Notes: generated by a model from the sequence alone, not told the origin. Numbered from the stretch's first letter, positions 7,524 to 14,354 are shown. The stretch is 26,062 nt of DNA from a virus (IMGVR_UViG_3300020414_000261:1-26062); one strand, 5' to 3'. Made by a program: numbers and translations.

Positions 7524-7722
7524 AAACAGATGGAGTTTTGCTACTTTAGTTGATCACGAAAATAACATGGTTATTACACTCAATTTATTTGATGATAAAA
7601 GTTCTTCAGTAGTTATCGATAGAATAATTAAGGGCAAAGTTGACCACAAAGTTATAGAAATACCGCCGAAACCTAATATGAATGATATAATTAGAAAACA
7701 TCAAGAAATGGTACTAAAATAA
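7507..7722 (+). CDS. hypothetical protein
   Basis: 71 aa, overlaps both neighbours. Confidence 0.6.
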   Translation: MTHSHKNRWSFATLVDHENNMVITLNLFDDKSSSVVIDRIIKGKVDHKVIEIPPKPNMNDIIRKHQEMVLK

Positions 7723-8048
7723 CTAACTTAGCAAATAAACCACCGCTTGGCTTGAAAGCAAATAAAACAAAACGCAACGCAAAGTATTTAGATAAAATAA
7801 GAGAAATGCCATGCTGCGTTTGTAAGAAATTTGGCGAGGTGCAGTACAGCCCGACAACAGCACACCATCCTATTCATGATAGATTTAGTATGCAAAAAGC
7901 TAGTGATTTAGAAGCCATACCGCTGTGTGAGGGCCATCATCAAGGTTTATGGGATAAATCTAAACTAGCAATCCATGACGATAAAAAGACATGGCGTAAA
8001 AAATACGGGCCTGACTGGTCTTATGTTGTCCAAGATACCGCCATATAA
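7719..8048 (+). CDS. DUF968/Ref-like zinc-binding HNH-type nuclease (ATA start proposed; TTG at 7752 alternative)
   Basis: YLDKIREMPCCVC...AHH...KASD..AIPLC..HH....IH motif. Confidence 0.8.
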   Translation: MTNLANKPPLGLKANKTKRNAKYLDKIREMPCCVCKKFGEVQYSPTTAHHPIHDRFSMQKASDLEAIPLCEGHHQGLWDKSKLAIHDDKKTWRKKYGPDWSYVVQDTAI

Positions 8049-8455
8049 AGCACTGGACCACGGTCTGGGTGGCAATAAACTTTTTTGGCATTAACGCTAG
8101 TAACTTGTGTGTCCGAGTAGTAGATGACGCCCTCCGCACCATCCAAAGCCGACTTTATAATGTTATCTACGTCTGGTTTGGTTGTGGGCAGGATCGCACC
8201 GTACTCCGCTTCTAACCTTTTAACTTTAGGCCAAGACTTAGGTATTTCCATAAACGCTGTAATTTCAACATGGCAAAACTTAGACGTTGGGTCTAATTTC
8301 ATTTCGTGCATTTTCTGCCATGCAGCGGCGTGTATGCGTGTTTCATACTCCCGTGTCTTTTCTGGGGTGTATGCTTTGCCTGTTCTGGTAAACCTAGGCC
8401 GACCCTTGCCTTGCGGTTGACCAGACACTTCTAATTCGACTTTAATAAGTTCCAT
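8021..8455 (-). CDS. rusA: RusA-family Holliday junction resolvase
   Basis: PQGKGRPRF...YTP..T..YE; KPDVDNIIKSALDG...D.QV catalytic motif. Confidence 0.9.
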   Translation of the reverse strand: MELIKVELEVSGQPQGKGRPRFTRTGKAYTPEKTREYETRIHAAAWQKMHEMKLDPTSKFCHVEITAFMEIPKSWPKVKRLEAEYGAILPTTKPDVDNIIKSALDGAEGVIYYSDTQVTSVNAKKVYCHPDRGPVLYMAVSWTT

Positions 8456-8473
8456 AAAGTCATTAGATAGCAG

Positions 8474-8493
8474 ATAGCCCCCGAAGGGACTAC
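8474..8493 (-). other. cUUCGg tetraloop hairpin between genes (stability/processing or weak terminator)
   Basis: GTAGTCCC-TTCG-GGGGCTAT, no U tract. Confidence 0.6.
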
Positions 8494-8501
8494 CTTTAAA
8501 T

Positions 8502-8873
8502 TTATAATCTTAACTGTTCAACTGCACCTCGCAATTTGTTTTCATAAGTTCTGCTCCATATACTTCCATTTTTTCTTAGCTTTGGTACTTTTAATTCTAC
8601 CTCTGGAAGCTTTAATCCTGCTTCATACAAATCTTCTTTATTATTTTTATCTGCGTCACACCCCCAAACTCCAGCGGGTGACCATGTAAAATTTTCATGT
8701 TTTGAAGCATCATACAGATTAATGGTTATCCAAGCATCATCTAAATTGTATAAGCCACTCCATGCAAATCTTACTTCTTGTAAAACTGCCATAATAGCGG
8801 CCTCTTTAGTTGGTCTGATAGCGTGTGAATTACCACCACCAATAAAAACCAACGCGAGATAATGTTGTTTCAT
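8502..8873 (-). CDS. hypothetical early protein
   Basis: 123 aa, AAGGAG RBS, own promoter at 8941-8969. Confidence 0.8.
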   Translation of the reverse strand: MKQHYLALVFIGGGNSHAIRPTKEAAIMAVLQEVRFAWSGLYNLDDAWITINLYDASKHENFTWSPAGVWGCDADKNNKEDLYEAGLKLPEVELKVPKLRKNGSIWSRTYENKLRGAVEQLRL

Positions 8874-8933
8874 GACAAAACTCCTTTACTGCTTTTTTAA
8901 ATTGTCAAATAACGTACAAGCAAAATTTACTTG

Positions 8934-8969
8934 TATGTAAACAATAGCACACATTTTTGTAAATGTCAA
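8934..8969 (-). promoter_or_regulatory. early sigma70 promoter (TTGACA-17-TATTGT-TTACATA)
   Basis: Consensus -35; shares TTTAC and TTACATA with the promoters at 9016 and 10507. Confidence 0.8.
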
Positions 8970-9015
8970 GATATATTTTTGTAAAGTGACGTTACGTAAT
9001 TTACTAAATTAGTTG

Positions 9016-9051
9016 TTGACGTTTACGTTTTTTTATCCTATACTTTACATA
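9016..9051 (+). promoter_or_regulatory. early sigma70 promoter (TTGACG-17-TATACT-TTACATA)
   Basis: Near-consensus elements; repeated at 10507. Confidence 0.85.
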
Positions 9052-9075
9052 TAAACAGAAAAGAAAGTAAAAAAA

Positions 9076-9207
9076 ATGACATACTACGGATACGAAATTT
9101 ACGACGAAACCGCAACTTGGGGTAACTGGGAAGTTGCTATGCATGGTTGGGTTTACACTTTCAAAACACTTGATGAAGCAAAAGAGTTTATTAAGACCAA
9201 CAAGTAA
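9076..9207 (+). CDS. 43 aa early protein MTYYGYEIYDETATWGNWEVAMHGWVYTFKTLDEAKEFIKTNK
   Basis: Not in ORF track; first ORF after promoter; F.TL.EAK.FI motif common in small phage proteins. Confidence 0.75.
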   Translation: MTYYGYEIYDETATWGNWEVAMHGWVYTFKTLDEAKEFIKTNK

Positions 9208-9220
9208 CCTTAACCCTAGC

Positions 9221-9245
9221 GGGGGCGCAAGCCCCCAGAAAGGAG
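9221..9245 (+). other. GC hairpin (GCAA loop) + RBS cassette
   Basis: GGGGGC-GCAA-GCCCCC-AGAAAGGAG; similar at 9500-9530 and 10833-10863. Confidence 0.65.
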
Positions 9246-9250
9246 CCAAA

Positions 9251-9511
9251 ATGGCTAAACGTAACATTAACCTTATCAACAAAAAGTATCGGCACATGAT
9301 TGCTGATATTGATGTTGAGCCAAGCGGCCTCGATGTTTGGCTAAACCGACCATATCTTTTTATGGCTAGTGAAGCCAGTTGCACCTTTATGCCCTTCGAA
9401 CTTTTCGAAGATGATGAAGATGCTTTTGCATCGGCGGTTAAGGCAGTTAATGACGAACTTGCCGACACTTATAAAATAAACCCAAAAGCCTGGGACGAAG
9501 GGAGGGCGTAA
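9251..9511 (+). CDS. hypothetical early protein, 86 aa
   Basis: ATG 9251 with AAGGAG RBS; the 9134 start would overlap the 43 aa gene. Confidence 0.8.
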   Translation: MAKRNINLINKKYRHMIADIDVEPSGLDVWLNRPYLFMASEASCTFMPFELFEDDEDAFASAVKAVNDELADTYKINPKAWDEGRA

Positions 9512-9537
9512 TAGCCCCCCAGAAAGGGAGAAAAAAA

Positions 9538-10491
9538 ATGTCTATAGAAATGTTTGATTATGTAAATCAATTAACGCAGTATTACAGACAAAATGGCGAA
9601 GCAAGATTTAATTGGACACCGAACAGAGTGGCGACACCTAATCAGGTTGCAAATCAATTAAGTCAAACAAAATTTTTTGACTGCACACAGATAGAAGATT
9701 ACGCATGGGAAGCTATGAAAGATATGTTTCCAGACAAAGACACTCCACCTAATGAAGATTGTATTTTACCCGCCCCTAGTATTGCGTTTTTTATTAACGG
9801 AACTGAGGCAGACGGTAGCCAAGAACCATTGCTTTTTACATTACAGCTAGAAGGCAAAAAACACGATGTTTTTGATATTGATGGAAACGTTAAAGATATT
9901 TCATGGCATAACTTTTCTGTTATGATACACACCGCTAACGAAAAAGAAGTAAATAAATTAGCGGGTACAAAAAACTTTGTTTGCCCTCAAGTTTGTGGAG
10001 TTATTCATTCTGAAGAAACCGAAGATGGTATAATTAAAAACTTTGAAATGCCCGTTCCAAATAAACAATTTGATGTTTACGGCAAGCAAGAAAATCAAGA
10101 TTGGCAAATGTCAAAGTTTATTTATACGCAATATATGTGTACTTTATTATCTATTATTAATCAGCCTAGATTTGTAGAAGCACAACCTGCCAATATAAAC
10201 AGAGCCGCTAGACGTAGAAGTAAACTAGCTATGGGAATGGCTACTGACGCATGGCATCGTGTTTCTTGGAACATCGACAAGCCTGTTAAAGCACGAACAC
10301 CACACGACAAAAACTATCATAAACTACCATTACATTTTAGAAGGGGTCACTGGAAGAACGCAAAAGAACATCATCCAAAATCTGTTTTAAGAAAAGGCAA
10401 ATGGAAAACTTGGATAAATGGATATTGGGCAGGTCATCCCGCTTTTGGATTTAAAAAACAATATTGGCGACCTACAAAAAAAGTTGCTTAA
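9538..10491 (+). CDS. 317 aa protein with C-terminal HxRRGHW motif (AcrVA2-like motif family)
   Basis: LHFRRGHWK...WKTWINGYWAG; GGGAG RBS. Confidence 0.65.
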   Translation: MSIEMFDYVNQLTQYYRQNGEARFNWTPNRVATPNQVANQLSQTKFFDCTQIEDYAWEAMKDMFPDKDTPPNEDCILPAPSIAFFINGTEADGSQEPLLFTLQLEGKKHDVFDIDGNVKDISWHNFSVMIHTANEKEVNKLAGTKNFVCPQVCGVIHSEETEDGIIKNFEMPVPNKQFDVYGKQENQDWQMSKFIYTQYMCTLLSIINQPRFVEAQPANINRAARRRSKLAMGMATDAWHRVSWNIDKPVKARTPHDKNYHKLPLHFRRGHWKNAKEHHPKSVLRKGKWKTWINGYWAGHPAFGFKKQYWRPTKKVA

Positions 10492-10506
10492 TTACAAAAA
10501 AAGTGC

Positions 10507-10542
10507 TTGACGTTTACGTTTTATTATTGTAGTATTTACATA
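10507..10542 (+). promoter_or_regulatory. early sigma70 promoter (TTGACG-17-TAGTAT-TTACATA)
   Basis: First 16 bp identical to the 9016 promoter (TTGACGTTTACGTTTT). Confidence 0.85.
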
Positions 10543-10563
10543 TAAGCAATAAAGGAAAAGCAA

Positions 10564-10845
10564 ATGACAATTAGAAAAAACTTCATGGACAGACACTTTG
10601 AAACAGATAGAGAAAAGTTTATTGCCGCAATTAACTCACCAGAGTTTCGCTATACACGCGCCAGAAACCCAAGTCGCGCAGATGGCACTTGGACAACTAC
10701 AAACGATCTATGGGTTATTGTCTACGGAGTAACCGAAGAGAGGGCATACACCCATTCTTTAGCCGCCCTGCCATACGCAGAAGCAACACAAATATTGGAC
10801 GAACATAAAAAGGTTTTTCCATTGTCACCAACGGAGGGGCTTTAA
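10564..10845 (+). CDS. hypothetical early protein
   Basis: 93 aa, AAGGA RBS, first gene after promoter. Confidence 0.8.
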   Translation: MTIRKNFMDRHFETDREKFIAAINSPEFRYTRARNPSRADGTWTTTNDLWVIVYGVTEERAYTHSLAALPYAEATQILDEHKKVFPLSPTEGL

Positions 10846-10872
10846 GCCCCTTCCCAACAGGAGAAAAAAAGT

Positions 10873-11139
10873 ATGGCACAAGTTAACACAGACATAACAT
10901 TAGACATCAGAGGCCATGAATTTAAAATAGAAATTTATGCTGATGTAGATAGTGACCACTGTGTTGAAAACATAGAAATGTTTTGGACTAATCACATTAA
11001 AAAACAGCAAAAACAATTACCTAAGCGTGTTTGTGCTTATGTAGAAAAAGAATTTGAATATGAAATTGATGAAGTGTTGCAGTTAGCAGCTGTTGAAGTT
11101 GATGATACTGCTTATGATTTATGGAAGGAAAGTTTCTAA
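10873..11139 (+). CDS. acidic hypothetical protein
   Basis: 88 aa, AGGAG RBS. Confidence 0.8.
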   Translation: MAQVNTDITLDIRGHEFKIEIYADVDSDHCVENIEMFWTNHIKKQQKQLPKRVCAYVEKEFEYEIDEVLQLAAVEVDDTAYDLWKESF

Positions 11140-11408
11140 TGGCTAAAAAAGCAAAAGAAGAACCGCAATATACAAAAACATTAATAAGAACGGTTTCACA
11201 TTACAATGAACAAGAATGGGAAAGCTTGTTGCACGTAAATACAAATGTCTTTCGTCATCCCGAAGAAGAACATAATTATGAGCATTTATCTGTTGAAGAT
11301 CCACAAGGTGATTATCAGTATGTTCACCTTCACTCACAAGAGCAAGCGATAGAGTTGTTCAGAGCAATTAAAGCTGCGGGAAGGGAAATAGGTTGGTTCG
11401 ATGATTGA
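11139..11408 (+). CDS. hypothetical protein, 89 aa
   Basis: TAATG coupling at 11137-11141, GGAAGG RBS. Confidence 0.75.
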   Translation: MAKKAKEEPQYTKTLIRTVSHYNEQEWESLLHVNTNVFRHPEEEHNYEHLSVEDPQGDYQYVHLHSQEQAIELFRAIKAAGREIGWFDD

Positions 11409-11496
11409 TTGGCAAGATAAAATAATTTTAGTAATTATGACTATATTTTTTACTATATTAGCAATAAACATAGATAGTTTTATGGTGATGCAATGA
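11401..11496 (+). CDS. 31 aa single-TM membrane peptide MIDWQDKIILVIMTIFFTILAINIDSFMVMQ
   Basis: Not in ORF track; overlaps both neighbours (8 nt and ATGA). Confidence 0.65.
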   Translation: MIDWQDKIILVIMTIFFTILAINIDSFMVMQ

Positions 11497-11666
11497 GTAA
11501 AAAAATAAAAGTAGAATTAACCGAAAAGCAATATTTTGCAGTTTCAATGACACTCGAAAGCCATTGCTTTGATATCGCTGAAGACACAACTCTAGCGTCA
11601 CACCGCATGGTTATTTCGAAAGCAATGGAAGCAATGGATAAAGGGTATGATCAATGGAAAGAATAA
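11493..11666 (+). CDS. 57 aa hypothetical protein (MSKKIKVELTEKQY...)
   Basis: Not in ORF track; ATGA coupling, GGTG RBS. Confidence 0.7.
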   Translation: MSKKIKVELTEKQYFAVSMTLESHCFDIAEDTTLASHRMVISKAMEAMDKGYDQWKE

Positions 11667-11854
11667 ACAACCCATATGAAAATCCATATGATGAAGATGA
11701 ATTTTTAAATCCTGACTGCGATTGTTACGGGTGCGCTACTATGCGCCACGCTTGTCAGTATGAAAACAGAAGGCAAAAAACACCCCATAAAATAAATTTA
11801 AAAACTTATTTCAGGCATAAGGATAAATACAATGGAGATAAAACCAGAGGATAG
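11654..11854 (+). CDS. small Cys-rich (CDCYGC....HAC) putative metal-binding protein
   Basis: 66 aa, AAGGG RBS. Confidence 0.6.
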   Translation: MERINNPYENPYDEDEFLNPDCDCYGCATMRHACQYENRRQKTPHKINLKTYFRHKDKYNGDKTRG

Positions 11855-12011
11855 GGATACTCGAGACAGTATAAAAAGGGAAATAGATAGGCTAGAACCC
11901 CTAGCCTTACTACCCAACGCACCGCCCTCAGTTAAGCAAGACTATAGGGATGCGCAGGAAGCAATGAAAATATTAATTACAAAACTAAGGGAGGAAGGAG
12001 TTAGAATATGA
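11832..12011 (+). CDS. 59 aa helical-hairpin hypothetical protein (MEIKPEDRD...LREEGVRI)
   Basis: Not in ORF track; AAGGA RBS, ATGA coupling to next gene. Confidence 0.75.
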   Translation: MEIKPEDRDTRDSIKREIDRLEPLALLPNAPPSVKQDYRDAQEAMKILITKLREEGVRI

Positions 12012-12283
12012 AACCTTGGGAGGAGTTAAGAAAAAAACAAGCAATTGAAGTAAAAGAATTATTAGAAATGTTTAGTCATTTGACAATAGTTGAAGCTTCA
12101 CGAGCAATGGGAATAGACAGTCATCAATTAAGAACACACGCATTTAGATTTGGTGTTGAATTTGCAAAACAGTATGGCGGCAAAACATCAATAGAAACTG
12201 ATAAAAAGAAAATTAAAAATCACAGAATAAGTTTGCCTAAGGTGCCGTGGAATATTCGTGGGGAGGAGATTAAACGACATTAA
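12008..12283 (+). CDS. HTH DNA-binding protein
   Basis: LTIVEASRAMGIDSHQLRTHAFRFGVEF HTH pattern; C-terminal ISLPKVPW; strong RBS. Confidence 0.7.
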   Translation: MKPWEELRKKQAIEVKELLEMFSHLTIVEASRAMGIDSHQLRTHAFRFGVEFAKQYGGKTSIETDKKKIKNHRISLPKVPWNIRGEEIKRH

Positions 12284-12318
12284 CGAACATCACTTAACTT
12301 AATGGCATTTGCCTCCCC
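12260..12318 (-). ncRNA. putative hairpin antisense RNA
   Basis: TTGTGT(12353)-17-TATAAG(12330) puts +1 at G12318, the first base of a long stem GGGGAGG..AAAUGCCAUUAA/UUAAUGUCGUUU..CCUCCCC. Confidence 0.4.
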
Positions 12319-12352
12319 TAATTTCTTATAAAAAAAACGAGCAGAAAACACA

Positions 12353-12559
12353 ATGGAATATTATACGCTTTTAACACTTGGATATCCACTTCTCGATCAT
12401 ATAATGTATGTTAGCATTTGGTTTCCTACTGAGGATGATTGTTGGAGTGTACTACTAAATAATAATACACTCTACGATCAAATAAATGCTCAAGAAGGTT
12501 ATTGCGATGTTAGTGATGTAGCATCAAAAATTGTTAAACCACTTGCACGACCTTGGTAA
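12353..12559 (+). CDS. hypothetical protein with C-terminal KPLARP motif
   Basis: 68 aa; (R/K)PxARP motif is frequent in Rhodobacteraceae proteins. Confidence 0.7.
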   Translation: MEYYTLLTLGYPLLDHIMYVSIWFPTEDDCWSVLLNNNTLYDQINAQEGYCDVSDVASKIVKPLARPW

Positions 12560-12577
12560 AACCTTTATAGAGGATTT

Positions 12578-12637
12578 GCACAGTCGCGATTATCGTGGTG
12601 GGGTGTGTCGAGTATGAGCGATGCACCCCTTTTTTTA
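12578..12637 (+). ncRNA. putative ~60 nt small RNA
   Basis: TTGCAC(12543)-17-TATAGA(12566) promoter; GC-rich non-coding body; ends in terminator. Confidence 0.45.
12601..12637 (+). terminator. intrinsic terminator at convergence of early and lysis operons
   Basis: GGGTGTGTCG-loop-CGATGCACCC followed by T7. Confidence 0.75.
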
Positions 12638-13102
12638 TCTTAGTTCAAAATGGGGGCCATCTATAAACGGTCTGCGCCCTTGTGAACGTCTTAAATCTAT
12701 ATATTCATTCATAGCATCTTCCATAGAACCTTCAAAATCACCTATATCATCTATGTGCCATGCTGCACCCCATCTAAGCCGACAGCCTACTTCCTTGGCC
12801 GCACTAGCCATTGCATCCGCAATGTCGTCATAAACGTTTATTTCCCAGACAACATTTGAACCGTCATAGGCAACTAAATCAACTGCGTGTGAAAATCCAC
12901 TGTCTTGAATTAAATGCTTAGACTTCATTGTTTGACTGCGCCCCATGTCAAAAAGACGTTGCTGTTCTTCCTGAGTTCTAACACCATATGTAACTCCGAA
13001 ATCAACAGTTGTGCGTTCTATCGCTCTTTGCACAGTGTCAACCATATCAGGGTGGACACCCTCAAGTTTGCCTAGCGATCTACTTGATAATTTGAAACTC
13101 AT
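12635..13102 (-). CDS. endolysin, M15 family L-Ala-D-Glu peptidase (T5 lysin-like)
   Basis: FKLSSRS..KLEGVHPD, G.RT..EQ, SKHL, HAVD, DGPHFEL zinc motifs. Confidence 0.92.
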   Translation of the reverse strand: MSFKLSSRSLGKLEGVHPDMVDTVQRAIERTTVDFGVTYGVRTQEEQQRLFDMGRSQTMKSKHLIQDSGFSHAVDLVAYDGSNVVWEINVYDDIADAMASAAKEVGCRLRWGAAWHIDDIGDFEGSMEDAMNEYIDLRRSQGRRPFIDGPHFELR

Positions 13103-13476
13103 TTTTTTGTATCCGTTTTGTTTAGTTTATCGAAACTTCTTGCGCCTGCCATTCCTAACATTCCCAATAAAAGGGGCATCATTACTGACATATCTGCTTG
13201 AGGAATATTTACACCAAAACCCGCACAAATTGGGCTTACTATGTAATTTACACCAAGGCCGATTCCTCCGAGCCATCCGATGAGTGGCCTCCAAGACGAT
13301 TGGAACCAGTTGCCCTTCGCGTCAGCTTTCAATATTTCTAGCTGTGCTAATGCAAGCTCCTGACTATGCTTATCAGCCATTGTAGCCACCTCGTGAGCTA
13401 GTTTAGCAGCCTGATCCTTGTCAGGTATTACCTTATCGAGAATGCCACTTACCGGGCCTATCAGCTTGTCTATCAT
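13099..13476 (-). CDS. holin, 3TM GTA-type (DUF3154-like)
   Basis: LDKVIPD, SWRPLIGW, LLLGMLG..G.RSFDK motifs; coupled to endolysin. Confidence 0.85.
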   Translation of the reverse strand: MIDKLIGPVSGILDKVIPDKDQAAKLAHEVATMADKHSQELALAQLEILKADAKGNWFQSSWRPLIGWLGGIGLGVNYIVSPICAGFGVNIPQADMSVMMPLLLGMLGMAGARSFDKLNKTDTKK

Positions 13477-13787
13477 GCGTTTTTATCCCTTATGCTATTA
13501 AACCCAAAATATCCTACAACAACGCCACTAGCCGCCACAACATAAACACTGGCAATATCTGTTATTAAACTTGCCGCTGTTTCAAAACCTAATACTGAAG
13601 CCAAAAGAATTATAAAGGGATACAGCAACATTCCTGCACAGCAAGCTTTTACTAGCAATCGCTCCGTGTTTCTCTTCTCATCTGCATCGGCAATTTTTAA
13701 TTTTCGGTCTTCTACTTCCAACGCCAAAAATTCTTGTTTACTTAGGTTTCCGTTTTTGTCTTTGTCGAGTTTTTCGAAATCTGCCAT
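13473..13787 (-). CDS. EF-hand + two-TM membrane protein (holin/antiholin-like)
   Basis: Canonical EF loop DKDKNGNLSKQE; two hydrophobic helices ending VVGYFGF; AGGAG RBS. Confidence 0.8.
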   Translation of the reverse strand: MADFEKLDKDKNGNLSKQEFLALEVEDRKLKIADADEKRNTERLLVKACCAGMLLYPFIILLASVLGFETAASLITDIASVYVVAASGVVVGYFGFNSIRDKNA

Positions 13788-13887
13788 CTGCGTACTCCTG
13801 ACATATGCGCCTATTATAACCTAATATTATTAAACGTCCATTTTTATCGTAAACGGCCCATTTCTTGCCGCGCTCGACTGCTTTCAC
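13738..13887 (-). CDS. 49 aa basic protein MKAVERGKKWAVYDKNGRLIILGYNRRICQEYADGRFRKTRQRQKRKPK
   Basis: Not in ORF track; GTGA coupling with upstream gene; fills the gap in the lysis cassette. Confidence 0.55.
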   Translation of the reverse strand: MKAVERGKKWAVYDKNGRLIILGYNRRICQEYADGRFRKTRQRQKRKPK

Positions 13888-14351
13888 CTAAAATAGTCTC
13901 GGACATCAATCCACCCCATATGATGCAGCCACCAAGTAGAGCCAATAAAAGCCGCTGTGAGAAGCAAAATGATTGAAGCGGTGGTAAGTGCCAAATCAGC
14001 TCTTTCCTGTGCCTCACGCTTCGCTATACGCTCTGCTTCGCGCTTTTCTGCTAAAACTTCCCTTCTGATCTTCAATAAAGTGTTCCAATGAGATGGGCCT
14101 AACCCCGATTGCCTTACATCACAGACCCACTCTTTAAGCTGCTGTTCAGCTTCTGCGGCTTGGATCTCTGCCGCCCAACGTGAATAAGCCTCACTCTTGA
14201 CATCTTTAGTAGTGATACCTTTTTTTTGTAATCTCTTTTTTGCGTTATCCGTAGCATCGAAAAAGTTACCGATTTCTTTGCTAAGAGAGGCCAATGATTT
14301 TCCTGCGGTAACGCCTAATTTGATTGACGATAATAAACTAATAGGATCGAT
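13884..14351 (-). CDS. lysis-region membrane protein with C-terminal TM (ATC start proposed, 155 aa)
   Basis: Frame extends 19 codons above the TTG at 14294 to ATC-GAT-CCT-ATT (xDPIS), with GGGAG RBS 7 nt upstream. Confidence 0.75.
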   Translation of the reverse strand: MDPISLLSSIKLGVTAGKSLASLSKEIGNFFDATDNAKKRLQKKGITTKDVKSEAYSRWAAEIQAAEAEQQLKEWVCDVRQSGLGPSHWNTLLKIRREVLAEKREAERIAKREAQERADLALTTASIILLLTAAFIGSTWWLHHMGWIDVRDYFR

Positions 14352-14354
14352 TTT

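Noticed and set aside
9004-9468. 154 aa minus-strand ORF and the 9134 start of the plus ORF
   Set aside because: Antisense shadow of two plus-strand genes and their promoter; the 9134 start overlaps the 43 aa gene and lacks an RBS
12280-12302. CtrA box from repeated TTAA
   Set aside because: Spacing is 10 and 1 nt, not the TTAA-N7-TTAA consensus; explained by the hairpin
13818-13826. TATAAT promoter upstream of the EF-hand gene
   Set aside because: Lies inside the 49 aa ORF (codons Y-N) with no clear -35; cannot be supported, though not excluded
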